A stretch of DNA of 64,000 nucleotides, from positions 1,504,001 through 1,568,000 of the forward strand of contig OY821641.1 in assembly GCA_963555995.3 (NCBI GenBank), written 5' to 3'. The notes beneath the pieces were generated by a model, which worked only from the letters and a program-made list of their open reading frames with translations, did not search any database and was not told the DNA's origin. Shown here piece by piece: positions 18,038 through 28,389 of the stretch. The position numbers and the translations under genes were made by a program. Numbering within the stretch: the first letter of the stretch is position 1; the number at the start of each line of letters is the position of its first letter. Source of the DNA: Vicinamibacteria bacterium (GTDB lineage Bacteria; Acidobacteriota; Vicinamibacteria; Marinacidobacterales; Marinacidobacteraceae).

Positions 18038-18796
18038 TCAGAAGCGGACGCGAAGACCGAGGAGCGCGCCCACGCGCGCCACGCCGAGGTCCCCGAAGTC
18101 CGAGAAATCGGCTTGGTGCCGGCTCTCGCCACGGGAGTAGCGGAACTCGCCGAAGACATCCAGTCGCCGCCCGAAGGGCAGCTGGACCACCGCGAAGTCG
18201 AGCCCCGCGCCGGCGAAGAATCCCGTGAGGGAAAAGCGTTCGTCGAGTTCGTCGTAGTAGATGTCGAAGTTCTCGAAGTCCACGAACTCGCCCTGTTCCG
18301 AGTACGCGTAGGACGTCCGGGCCACGCCGACCACGACGTAGGGACTCGCTCGCCCTTGCCCGAAGGGCCGGATGCGCACGCCGAGCGTGTAGTCCGTCAG
18401 GCGGAGCGAGGCCGAGTGCTCGATCTCGGACCCGTCCTCGTAAACCAGGTCCAGGTAGCTTCCCTGGGTCTCCGCCTGGCCGGTATCGAACCCGACGAGG
18501 ATCTCCAGCATCGGCAGCAACGCGTAGTCCAGTTCAAATCCGACACGCCCGGATCGAAAGTCGTCCTCGGTGAGGCCGAACTCCGCCTCGTTGGCCTCGA
18601 AGAGCCGACTGTTGATCTGGAGCGCGCGAAACCCGCCGAAGGCCGAAAAACCATAGCGAGGCCGTGCGGCGGTGAGCTGCGAACGGTCCTGACTCCGGGC
18701 GCCGCGCGGGGGCTGCGCCTCTTCTTCGGCCGCGCCCGCGGTCGCGAGACACGCGGTCGCCAGCAGGCAGGTCAGGATGCGACGGAAGCGGGTCAT
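18038..18796 (-). CDS. putative outer-membrane beta-barrel protein (paralog 1)
   Basis: Sec signal peptide, alternating amphipathic beta strands, C-terminal aromatic residue (GLRVRF). Confidence 0.75.
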   Translation of the reverse strand: MTRFRRILTCLLATACLATAGAAEEEAQPPRGARSQDRSQLTAARPRYGFSAFGGFRALQINSRLFEANEAEFGLTEDDFRSGRVGFELDYALLPMLEILVGFDTGQAETQGSYLDLVYEDGSEIEHSASLRLTDYTLGVRIRPFGQGRASPYVVVGVARTSYAYSEQGEFVDFENFDIYYDELDERFSLTGFFAGAGLDFAVVQLPFGRRLDVFGEFRYSRGESRHQADFSDFGDLGVARVGALLGLRVRF

Positions 18797-18824
18797 GGTG
18801 AGGGTCCTTTCCGCGGCGCCCTTA

Positions 18825-19005
18825 ACAGCCTGTGGACAAAGTCACGCGGCATTCGAACGCCGATGCATCCCGGCTGAACCGCGCCTCTCCGAGGCGCTCG
18901 GCGTTGCGTTTCGGTCGGAATACACTCGGTATTCCTCCCTCACGCGCCTTGTCAGCCGGGTGCCTCGGCGTTCTCGGTGCTCACGTCACTTTATCCACAG
19001 GCTGT
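18825..19005 (+). mobile_element. 181-bp MITE-like element, copy C
   Basis: TA-flanked, near-identical to copy A. Confidence 0.85.
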
Positions 19006-19067
19006 TAATGTTGGCGCCAGCGATGTGCGGTTTGCCGCGCAGATGCAGTCCCGCGGGTCGGTCAGGC

Positions 19068-19113
19068 GCCGTGATGGCGCTGCCAGCGGGGAGCGCCGGT
19101 GTTCCGGTCGGCA
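19068..19113 (+). repeat. degenerate REP-like copy (family 2)
   Basis: GCCGTGATGGCGC...GGGAGCGCCGGTGTTCCGGTCGGCA resembles the copies at 2631-2810 and 57474-57515. Confidence 0.4.
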
Positions 19114-19164
19114 TCGTCCCCCGGAGGGAAACGAAACTCCCATGCGCTTCGAGACGGCGGACCG

Positions 19165-19926
19165 CTACCAGCGGACCCGCAGGCCGAAGAGACCGCCCGA
19201 ACGGTCCAGCTTGAGGTCGCCGAAACCATCGAACCCATCCGTGTGCTGGCCCTGGGTTCGGGCGTAGCGGAACTCGCCGAAGAGTTCGATGCGGCCGCCA
19301 GTCGGCAGACGCACGACGGCGACATCGGCGCCGGCGCCGGCGAAGAAACCGGGCAGGAACGACTTCTCCTCGAACACGTCGTAGTAGATGTCGGCGGTGT
19401 CGAAGTCCACGAAGTCGCCGACTTCCGTGTACCGGTAATAGGCGCCGGTAACGCCGCCGATCAGGTAGGGACGGACCCGCGCCGCATCGCCGAGCAGCCG
19501 CAGCCGCACGCCGAGGCTCAATTCGGTCATGGCCAGCCGCGCCGAGTGCTCGATCTCTCCCCCGTCTTCGTACACGAGGTCGAGGTATGACCCGAACGTC
19601 TCGGAATCTCCGTTGTCGAAACCGATCGAGATGTCCACCCGGGGCAGGACGGCGAAGTCGAACTCGAAGCCGAAGCCGCCGGTCGTGAAGTCGTCGTCGG
19701 TGATCCCGAAGTCGAACTCGTTGGCGGCAAAGAGCTCGCTCGTCACGTTCAGCACCCGGAATCCGCCGTAGGTCGAGAAGGCGAAGCGCGTGTCGCGCGC
19801 GCTGCGCTGCGAGGCGTCCGGATAGGGCCCCCGGCGCGGGGGTTGCCCGGACTCCGCCGCCGCCGTGGCGGCGGCGAACGAAACCGCTGCCAGCAGGGTC
19901 ATCAGGATGTGCCGCGTGCGGGTCAT
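19165..19926 (-). CDS. putative outer-membrane beta-barrel protein (paralog 2)
   Basis: Signal peptide, clear paralog of 18038..18796 (shared GSYLDLVYEDG.EIEHSA, GFFAGAG, FGEFRY), ends GLRVRW; AAAGGAG RBS. Confidence 0.78.
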   Translation of the reverse strand: MTRTRHILMTLLAAVSFAAATAAAESGQPPRRGPYPDASQRSARDTRFAFSTYGGFRVLNVTSELFAANEFDFGITDDDFTTGGFGFEFDFAVLPRVDISIGFDNGDSETFGSYLDLVYEDGGEIEHSARLAMTELSLGVRLRLLGDAARVRPYLIGGVTGAYYRYTEVGDFVDFDTADIYYDVFEEKSFLPGFFAGAGADVAVVRLPTGGRIELFGEFRYARTQGQHTDGFDGFGDLKLDRSGGLFGLRVRW

Positions 19927-19972
19927 GGCGAGCTCCTTTGCCGATGGTTGGTTGCGTTGGATCACAATTTTC

Positions 19973-19987
19973 GCAATGCCTGTGCCA
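19973..19987 (-). promoter_or_regulatory. putative sigma54 (RpoN) -24/-12 promoter
   Basis: TGGCAC-AGGCA-TTGC on the minus strand, about 47 nt upstream of the OMP ATG. Confidence 0.7.
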
Positions 19988-20042
19988 TAGCCGGCGGGGC
20001 TCGCTCGCGGTCGGCGCGGGGGTCCGCCTGCCGGTCCGCGGC

Positions 20043-20068
20043 GGAACCCGATCGGCCTGCCCGCGTTA
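20043..20068 (+). promoter_or_regulatory. putative ECF sigma factor promoter of degP
   Basis: GGAAC-N17-GTT (GGAACC...CGTTA) about 45 nt upstream of the degP ATG. Confidence 0.55.
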
Positions 20069-20113
20069 TATTCGTTTTCCGCCAGCGGGACCTGATCAAG
20101 GAGGCCACCGTTC

Positions 20114-21679
<1,566 letters not shown>

Positions 21680-21777
21680 GACTTCCGGGGGACGAATTTC
21701 CTACCGATTTGTAACATTCCGGACGGACCGGGGCCGCTACCCTCCGCGGGCAGTGGCCGCCGCACCCTGCTCCGCGC

Positions 21778-24700
21778 TCAGTCGTCCATGACGAAGCGAA
21801 ACGCCGGTGCGGCGCCTTCCGTTGGCCCGTTGGATTCGCTGTCCCGTCCCGTACCGGGCATGCGCCGAGGGGCGGCATGATCGAGCCTGGAAGCGAAGCC
21901 GGTGGGAGCCGGTTTGCCCAGTTGCCGCGCTTCGCGGGACTGATCCTGCTCTTCGTCCTTTTCCTGGGGGCGATCGACGGCCTGGGGGAGGGATTCAAGG
22001 GTCTCGGTTCCGGGCTCCTCGACGGCTTCTTCCAGGCGTCGGCGAACCCCTTCGTGGGACTCATCATCGGGATTCTGGCCACCACGCTGGTCCAGAGTTC
22101 CTCGGTCACCAGTTCGCTGATCGTGGGGCTGGTCGCCGCCCCCGAGTCGCCGCTGCCCTTCGAGCACGCGATTCCCATGGTGATGGGCGCAAACATCGGG
22201 ACCACCGTGACCAACTCGATCGCCGCTCTCGGACACCTGCGGGACGGGAAGGAACTCCGGCGGGCCTTCGAAGTGGCGACCTGCCACGACATGTTCAACC
22301 TGATCGCGGTGGCCATCCTGCTGCCGCTCGAAATCGCCACCGGGTTCCTGGCGCGCCTCTCCGGCGTGATTGCCGGCCAGTTCGGCGGCCTGCTCGGGAC
22401 CGGGATCGACTACGAGAGTCCCCTCAAGGGCATCATCGAGCTGGTTCCGATACCGATCCAGTGGTTCGCCGGCCTCGTGACCGGCTCCGACGAGGCCGGC
22501 GCCGCAGTGCTGGCCGTCATCTCGGTCGTGCTGCTCGTGGTCGCCCTCGGCTTGCTCGTCCGCACCCTGAAGAGCATTTCGGCGGGCCGGGGCGAGGCGG
22601 CCCTTCACCAGGTGCTCGGGCGCCACGCGCTCCTCGCAATGGGAACCGGGGCCGTGGTCACCGTTCTCGTCCAATCCAGCTCGATCACCACTTCGATGCT
22701 GGTCCCGCTGGCCGGGGCCGGGCTCCTGCTCCTCGACGACGCGTTCCCGGTCACCCTGGGCGCCAACGTGGGGACGACGGTCACCGCCTTCCTCGCCGCG
22801 CTCGCGGTTTCCGGCCCCAACGCCCACTGGGGGTTCCAGTTGGCGGTCGTCCACCTCCTCTTCAATCTGGTCGGGATCTCGCTGGTCTATCCGGTTTCCC
22901 GCATCCGGCAGATCCCGCTGGCGGCGGCGCGCCGGCTCGCGGACATCGCCGTGAGGAACCGGAGTCTGGCCGTCGCCTACGTGATCGTGGTGTTCTACGG
23001 AATCCCGGCGCTGCTCCTGGTGGTCAGCCGGGCGCTCGGCTACTGAGCCGGCGGTCGCCCGGCCGGGGACGGCGGGCGGCCCGGGCAGGTTTCCGAAGAG
23101 CCCCGGGTCCGGGCCGGCGCCGGTCACCCGAATCACCTCGGTGACACTGGTTTCCCCTTCGAGGAGCAGCCGTACGGCGGCCTGGCGGAGGCTCCGGACT
23201 CCCCGGCGGCGCGCGGAGCGCGCGAGATCCTCCGCGGTGCCGCCGCCCAGGATTTCAGCGGCGGCCCGGGAATCCACGGGCAGGATCTCGAAAACGGCCC
23301 GGCGCCCCTGGTAGCCGGTGTCGCGGCAGCGCGCGCAGCCCACGCCCGCGCGGACCGGCCGGCCGGCAATCTCGAAGGCGGACAGGGTCTCCGCCTCCGT
23401 TGCGGAGACCGCGGCCTCGCGGACGCAGCCGCGGCAGATGGTGCGGACCAGCCGCTGGGCGACGACACCCACCAGCGTCGTGCCGATCAGAAAGCGCGGC
23501 ACGCCGAGATCGGCGAGACGGGTGATCGCTCCGGGGGCGTCGTTCGTGTGGAGGGTCGAGAGGACGAGGTGTCCGGTCAGGGCCGCCTGCACCGCCATCT
23601 CCGCGGTTTCGGCATCCCGGATCTCTCCCACCATGAGGATGTCCGGATCCTGGCGGAGCACGCTGCGAATGGCGGCCGCGAACGAGAAACGGATGCGGGG
23701 ATTCACCTGCACCTGGCTGAGCGGCGGGAAGACAAGTTCCACCGGATCCTCAATCGTCACGACGTTCACTTCGGGCGTCGCGACGTGCCGGAGCACCGAG
23801 TAGAGCGTCGTGGTCTTGCCGCTGCCGGTGGGACCCGTGACCAGGAGCAGCCCTTCCCGGCGGCTCAGCATGCGGCGGAGCCGCCGTTCCTCGTCTTCGG
23901 CCAGCCGGAGCTGTTCGAGCGACGAGACCAGGGCCGCCGGATCGAACACCCGCAGCACCGCCTTTTCGCCAAACACGGTCGGCAGGGTCGAGACCCGCAG
24001 CTCGATCTCCTTCTCCGATTCGATGCGCTTGATGCGGCCGTCCTGGGGACGGCGTTTCTCGGCGATGTCGAGCCCGCTGAGCATCTTGAGGCGGCTGACG
24101 ACGGCCTGGTACACGATGCGGGGAAAGCTGTGCATGGTCCGCAGGACGCCGTCCACCCGGAAGCGCACGACGGCGTGGTCGCGCTTGGGTTCGAGGTGGA
24201 TGTCCGAGGCGCGGTGCTCGAAAGCCTGGTGGAGGATGCTGTCGAGAGCGGCGACCACCGGGCGGGTGGTGGGCTCCAGATCGCCGGCGGCTTCGGACCC
24301 CGAAAGAAACTCCTGGTCCGCCGCGGGTGGGTCCGCGTGCTCGCCGTGGTCGTGGGTCAACTCGGTTTCCGCGGCGCGCAGCGACGTCCGCAGGTTGTAG
24401 AGGCTGCCGTTGATCCCTTCGATGTCGGAGCGGGTCGCGACCACGACCTTCACCCGCACCCCCAGGTACCGTTCGAGGTCCGCGATGGCCCCGCGGTCGA
24501 AGGGGTTGGCGACCGCCACCGTCAGGGTGTCCGCGTCCCTCGCGAGGGCGCAGATGGTGTGTCGGCGGGCGAACGGCGCCGGGAGGGCGCCGGTGACGAC
24601 CTCCGGGTTGAGTTCCAGGGGGTTGATCGCCCGGAAGGCGAGTCCCGCGTCCTGCGCCACCGCCTGGGCGAGGTCCTCTTCCGAAAGGAGGCCTTCGGCC

Positions 24701-24882
24701 ACCAGGGCCGTCTCGTGTCGCGACGGCGGCAGCCGCTCGAGCGCCGCGGCGTGGCTGGCCATCGCGGCGGGGATGCGGCCCTGGCGCCGGAGAAGGTCCA
24801 GCAGGCCGGGAATCGGATTCGGGACGGCGCGGGGTCCGGGCTGCGCCGATGCCGGCGCCACGGGGTGTTCGTCTTGAAGCAA
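21778..24882 (-). CDS. GspE/PulE/PilB-family secretion ATPase; homology ends near 23120 but the frame stays open to 21778
   Basis: ASDIHLEP, RRPQDGR, GPTGSGKTTTL, TIEDPVE, LRQDPD, TGHLVLSTLH, CxxC/CxxC; start and true stop uncertain. Confidence 0.8.
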   Translation of the reverse strand: MLQDEHPVAPASAQPGPRAVPNPIPGLLDLLRRQGRIPAAMASHAAALERLPPSRHETALVAEGLLSEEDLAQAVAQDAGLAFRAINPLELNPEVVTGALPAPFARRHTICALARDADTLTVAVANPFDRGAIADLERYLGVRVKVVVATRSDIEGINGSLYNLRTSLRAAETELTHDHGEHADPPAADQEFLSGSEAAGDLEPTTRPVVAALDSILHQAFEHRASDIHLEPKRDHAVVRFRVDGVLRTMHSFPRIVYQAVVSRLKMLSGLDIAEKRRPQDGRIKRIESEKEIELRVSTLPTVFGEKAVLRVFDPAALVSSLEQLRLAEDEERRLRRMLSRREGLLLVTGPTGSGKTTTLYSVLRHVATPEVNVVTIEDPVELVFPPLSQVQVNPRIRFSFAAAIRSVLRQDPDILMVGEIRDAETAEMAVQAALTGHLVLSTLHTNDAPGAITRLADLGVPRFLIGTTLVGVVAQRLVRTICRGCVREAAVSATEAETLSAFEIAGRPVRAGVGCARCRDTGYQGRRAVFEILPVDSRAAAEILGGGTAEDLARSARRRGVRSLRQAAVRLLLEGETSVTEVIRVTGAGPDPGLFGNLPGPPAVPGRATAGSVAERPADHQEQRRDSVEHHDHVGDGQTPVPHGDVREPARRRQRDLPDAGNRIDQRDPDQIEEEVDDRQLEPPVGVGAGNRERGEEGGDRRPHVGAQGDRERVVEEQEPGPGQRDQHRSGDRAGLDENGDHGPGSHCEERVAPEHLVKGRLAPARRNALQGADEQAEGDHEQHDRDDGQHCGAGLVGAGHEAGEPLDRYRNQLDDALEGTLVVDPGPEQAAELAGNHAGEARQEPGGDFERQQDGHRDQVEHVVAGRHFEGPPEFLPVPQVSESGDRVGHGGPDVCAHHHGNRVLEGQRRLGGGDQPHDQRTGDRGTLDQRGGQNPDDESHEGVRRRLEEAVEEPGTETLESLPQAVDRPQEKDEEQDQSREARQLGKPAPTGFASRLDHAAPRRMPGTGRDSESNGPTEGAAPAFRFVMDD
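21877..23046 (+). CDS. Na+/phosphate symporter (SLC34/NptA family)
   Basis: Two QSSS repeats, each followed by GANIGT/GANVGT. Confidence 0.92.
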   Translation: MIEPGSEAGGSRFAQLPRFAGLILLFVLFLGAIDGLGEGFKGLGSGLLDGFFQASANPFVGLIIGILATTLVQSSSVTSSLIVGLVAAPESPLPFEHAIPMVMGANIGTTVTNSIAALGHLRDGKELRRAFEVATCHDMFNLIAVAILLPLEIATGFLARLSGVIAGQFGGLLGTGIDYESPLKGIIELVPIPIQWFAGLVTGSDEAGAAVLAVISVVLLVVALGLLVRTLKSISAGRGEAALHQVLGRHALLAMGTGAVVTVLVQSSSITTSMLVPLAGAGLLLLDDAFPVTLGANVGTTVTAFLAALAVSGPNAHWGFQLAVVHLLFNLVGISLVYPVSRIRQIPLAAARRLADIAVRNRSLAVAYVIVVFYGIPALLLVVSRALGY

Positions 24883-25016
24883 TGTTGAAACCTCTCCAAG
24901 TCTCTAGACGCAGATCGGCCCCGTTTTTTCCCGTTTCAGGGCACAATGTGGAAAAGTCGAAGCAAAGCGGCACGTTTGGGCGCGACGCACCGCCGACCGG
25001 TCGCCACCCGCCGTTA

Positions 25017-25277
25017 GCAGCCGGTAGCGAAACTCGCGTGGCATTTGACGCCCGCTGAATCCTCCCTGAACCGTTCGCCTTCGGCTCGCTCATCGTTGCG
25101 TTTCGGTCGGAATACACCCGGTATTCCTCCCTCACACGCCTTGTCAGCCGGGCGCCTCGCCGTTCTCGGTGCTCACGCCACTTTCTCCACGGGCTGCTAG
25201 GTATTCCTCCCTCACGAGCCTTGTCAGCGAGGCCCAGCGTGCGTCTCGGTGCTCACGCCAGTTCCGCCACCGGCTGC
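25017..25277 (+). mobile_element. composite 181-bp family element, copy D (full unit 25017-25197 plus a duplicated right half)
   Basis: Left end GCAGCCGGTAGCGAAACT pairs with outer right end AGTTCCGCCACCGGCTGC; an internal second right end lies at about 25175-25197. Confidence 0.8.
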
Positions 25278-25298
25278 TAAACTCGCGCGATCTCGGAC

Positions 25299-25373
25299 AG
25301 GCGCGTAGCTCAGGGGGAGAGCGCTACCTTGACGCGGTAGAAGTCGGCGGTTCAAATCCGCCCGCGCCTACCA
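25299..25373 (+). tRNA. tRNA-Val(GAC)
   Basis: Cloverleaf AGGCGCG/CGCGCCT, anticodon arm CTACC-TTGACGC-GGTAG, T-loop TTCAAAT, encoded CCA. Confidence 0.96.
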
Positions 25374-25505
25374 TTCCTGCTTTCCCGGAACGCGGTGGCC
25401 TCGACAGGCCGGTTTCCGCCCCTCACGGCGGTGCCGGGCGGTGTCCGCCGGGTCGTTGCGCCGCGTCGCCAGCAGGAGCAAAAGAGACCGGGACAAAAAG
25501 ACAGC

Positions 25506-27407
25506 GTGCCTTCTTCCATCCGACTCCGCCTCCCCGACGGGGGCGAGGTGCAGCTTCCGGCGGGAGCGCCGCTTGCCGGGGTGGCCCCGGCCGCGGCGAT
25601 CGCCGCCACCGTGGACGGCCGGGAGGTGGACCTCACCCACTGTCCCGACGGCGATGCGGACGTGCGGTTCCTGACCCCGAAGGACTCCGACGGGCTCCAC
25701 GTGTTCCGCCACAGTTCGGCGCACCTGCTGGCCGCCGCGGTGAAGGACCTGTTCCCCGACGCCCGCTACGGGATCGGCCCCCCCATCGAGGACGGCTTCT
25801 TCTATGACTTCCAGGTCGAGGAACCCTTCTCCCGCGAGGATCTCGACCGCATCGAGGCGCGGATGCGCGAACTCGTGAAGGAGCGGGTGCCCTTCGAGCG
25901 CGAAATCCTCGACAAGGACGACGCCCTGCGGATCTTCGAGGAGCAGGGCGAACTCCTGAAGGTGGAACTGGTCCGCGAGAAAGGGGGCGAGCGCGTCTCC
26001 TGTTACCGGGTGGGGAGTTTCTTCGACTTCTGCGAGGGCCCCCACGTGCCGCACACCGGGGTGATCCGGGCGCTCAAGGTGCTGTCGAGTTCGAACGCCT
26101 ACTGGAAGGGAGACGCGCGCGGCATCCCCATGCAGCGGATCTACGCCACGAGCTTCACCGACCGGAAGGAGATGGCGGCCCACCTCTCCCGTCTCGAGGA
26201 GGCGAAGCGGCGCGACCACCGGCGGATCGGGCGCGATCAGCGGCTCTTCCTGATTCTCCCCGAGGCCCCGGGTCAGGTGTTCTGGCTTCCCGCCGGGATG
26301 GGGGTGGTGAACCGGCTGCTCGATTCCATGCGGGAGAAGCTGGACCGCCGGTCCTACCAGGAAATCCGGACCCCACTGATCCTGAACGAGTCCGTCTGGG
26401 CCCGGAGCGGCCATCTCGACCACTACCGGGACAACATGTTCTTCATCGAGTCCGACGAGAATCGTTTCGGCGTCAAGCCCATGAACTGCCCGGGGGCGGC
26501 GCTGGTCTACCGGTCGGACATCCGCTCCTACCGTGACCTGCCCCTCCGGCTCTCGGAATTCGGCCATTGCCACCGGTTCGAGCCCTCGGGAGTGCTCTCC
26601 GGCCTGACCCGGGTGCGGGCCTTCACCCAGGACGACGCGCACGTCTACTGCCGGCTCGATCAGGTCAAGGCAGAGGTCCGCGATCTCGTGGACCTGGTGA
26701 AGGAGGTCTACGGCGAGTTCGGATTCGAGGACATCCAGATCGAACTCTCGACCCGCCCCGACAAGTCGGTGGGAAGCCCCGAGACCTGGGAACGGGCGGA
26801 GGCGGCGCTCGCGGAAGCCCTCGCCGAGTCCGGAGACAACTGGTCGGTGAACCCGGGAGACGGCGCGTTCTACGGCCCGAAGATTGATTTCCACGTCCGG
26901 GACGCGCTCCGCCGCAGTCATCAGTGCGCGACCATCCAGCTCGACTTCTCCCAGGCGCCCGCGTTCGATCTGCACTACGCGACGGAGGATGGCGGGCGGG
27001 AGCGGCCGGTGGTGATCCACCGGGCCATTCTGGGTTCCGTGGAACGGTTCTTCGCGGTGCTGCTGGAGCACACCGGGGGAGCCCTTCCCGTGTGGATTGC
27101 GCCCGTCCAGGCGGTGCTGATCCCCATCGCCGACCGGCACCAGGCCGTCGCCGCCGAGGCGGCCGGGTATCTCCGGCGGCAGGGTTTCCGGGTGGAACTC
27201 GATGACCGCCGCGAAAAGATGGGCTACAAGATCCGCGAGGCCGAAGTCCGAAGGATTCCGTTCATGGCCGTCCTCGGCGACCGCGAAGTCGAGGACGGCA
27301 CGCTCGCGGTCCGCCAGCGGGGGAAACGGGACCAGGAAATCCTGACTCCGGCCGATTTCGCCGAGCGGCTCGAAGCGCTCGTCACGGCGCGGTCCCTGGC
27401 GCCGTGA
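25506..27407 (+). CDS. thrS: threonine--tRNA ligase
   Basis: HSSAHLL, CEGPH, RDHRRIG, KPMNCP, GAFYGPK, HRAILGS; GTG 25506 inferred. Confidence 0.97.
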   Translation: MPSSIRLRLPDGGEVQLPAGAPLAGVAPAAAIAATVDGREVDLTHCPDGDADVRFLTPKDSDGLHVFRHSSAHLLAAAVKDLFPDARYGIGPPIEDGFFYDFQVEEPFSREDLDRIEARMRELVKERVPFEREILDKDDALRIFEEQGELLKVELVREKGGERVSCYRVGSFFDFCEGPHVPHTGVIRALKVLSSSNAYWKGDARGIPMQRIYATSFTDRKEMAAHLSRLEEAKRRDHRRIGRDQRLFLILPEAPGQVFWLPAGMGVVNRLLDSMREKLDRRSYQEIRTPLILNESVWARSGHLDHYRDNMFFIESDENRFGVKPMNCPGAALVYRSDIRSYRDLPLRLSEFGHCHRFEPSGVLSGLTRVRAFTQDDAHVYCRLDQVKAEVRDLVDLVKEVYGEFGFEDIQIELSTRPDKSVGSPETWERAEAALAEALAESGDNWSVNPGDGAFYGPKIDFHVRDALRRSHQCATIQLDFSQAPAFDLHYATEDGGRERPVVIHRAILGSVERFFAVLLEHTGGALPVWIAPVQAVLIPIADRHQAVAAEAAGYLRRQGFRVELDDRREKMGYKIREAEVRRIPFMAVLGDREVEDGTLAVRQRGKRDQEILTPADFAERLEALVTARSLAP

Positions 27408-27502
27408 GGAGCGGCGCGGGCGGTTCTCCGGCGGCCACCGCTGGCGTATCGGGCCCGAAGTGGCGATAATCCGCCGACCCGCCTGCGGTGCGGAGGTGAT
27501 CC

Positions 27503-28117
27503 ATCGATAGTTCTCTCAGGGTAAACGACCGAATACGAGCTCCCATCGTCCTGGTCATCGGCGAGGATGGCGAAAAACTAGGCGACTACGCCCTGATGGA
27601 TGCCCGGCGGCTGGCCGCCGACCGGGGACTCGATCTCGTCGAGATCGTGCCGAACCGGATCCCCCCGGTCTGCAAGATCATGAACTACGGCCGGTTCGTG
27701 TATCAGCAGAGCAAGAAATCGCAGGATTCCAAGCGACACCAGAAACAGAACCAGGTCAAGGAGGTCAAGTTCCGCATCATCATCGGAGAGCACGACCGCG
27801 CCACGAAGATGAAGCAGATCGAGCGTTTCCTCCATGAAGGTCACAAGGTCAAGGCCACGATCTGGTTCAAGCGGGCGCGCGAGCGGAGCCGCCGGGAACT
27901 CGGCGACCGCATCCTCGACGAGGTCACCGAGCAGCTCGCCGAGATCGCGGCCGTGGAGTCCCGGTCGAGCATCGTCGGCAACCAGATGAGCATGATCCTC
28001 GCTCCCAGCCGCCGCCTGCTCGAAGCGCTCCGGACCGAACGCGCCGGAAAGGCGGGGTCGGAAGACAACGCGCACGCGCCCCGAATCCGCCGCGCCCAGC
28101 GCGACGCAACCGGCTGA
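27503..28117 (+). CDS. infC: translation initiation factor IF-3 (non-canonical ATC start)
   Basis: RVNDRIRAP..., [22 protein letters not shown]; SD GGAGGTG upstream of ATC 27503. Confidence 0.93.
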   Translation: MDSSLRVNDRIRAPIVLVIGEDGEKLGDYALMDARRLAADRGLDLVEIVPNRIPPVCKIMNYGRFVYQQSKKSQDSKRHQKQNQVKEVKFRIIIGEHDRATKMKQIERFLHEGHKVKATIWFKRARERSRRELGDRILDEVTEQLAEIAAVESRSSIVGNQMSMILAPSRRLLEALRTERAGKAGSEDNAHAPRIRRAQRDATG

Positions 28118-28145
28118 ACCACACCACGCTTTCAGGAAGCCCATC

Positions 28146-28340
28146 ATGAAACTCAAGATGAAGACCCACCGCGGGGCCACCAAGCGGTTCCGCAAGACCG
28201 CCAGCGGCCGGGTCCGCCGCCGCTGCGCCTACCACAGCCACATTCTCACCAAGAAGTCCGCGAAGCGCCGCCGCCGCCTGCGCAGCGGGGCCTGGGTGTT
28301 CGAGGGCGAAGCGAAGATGATCGCCCGGATCATCGGTTGA
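28146..28340 (+). CDS. rpmI: 50S ribosomal protein L35
   Basis: [27 protein letters not shown]. Confidence 0.96.
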   Translation: MKLKMKTHRGATKRFRKTASGRVRRRCAYHSHILTKKSAKRRRRLRSGAWVFEGEAKMIARIIG

Positions 28341-28389
28341 CGGACGGAAATCGTTCCGTCCCCGCAACCGGAGAGTTGGAGAAGACACG

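Noticed and set aside
21705-21720. Pho-box-like TGTAACA upstream of the Na/Pi symporter
   Set aside because: Single half-site with no 11-bp-spaced repeat
24878-24893. sigma54 promoter upstream of the GspE/PilB ATPase (AGGTTT-CAACA-TTGCT)
   Set aside because: GG-N10-GC spacing is correct but the -24 element is poor; not supportable
25299-25373. tRNA-Val or tRNA-Gly as integration sites of a genomic island
   Set aside because: No integrase, no duplicated tRNA 3' end and no compositional shift; flanks are housekeeping genes
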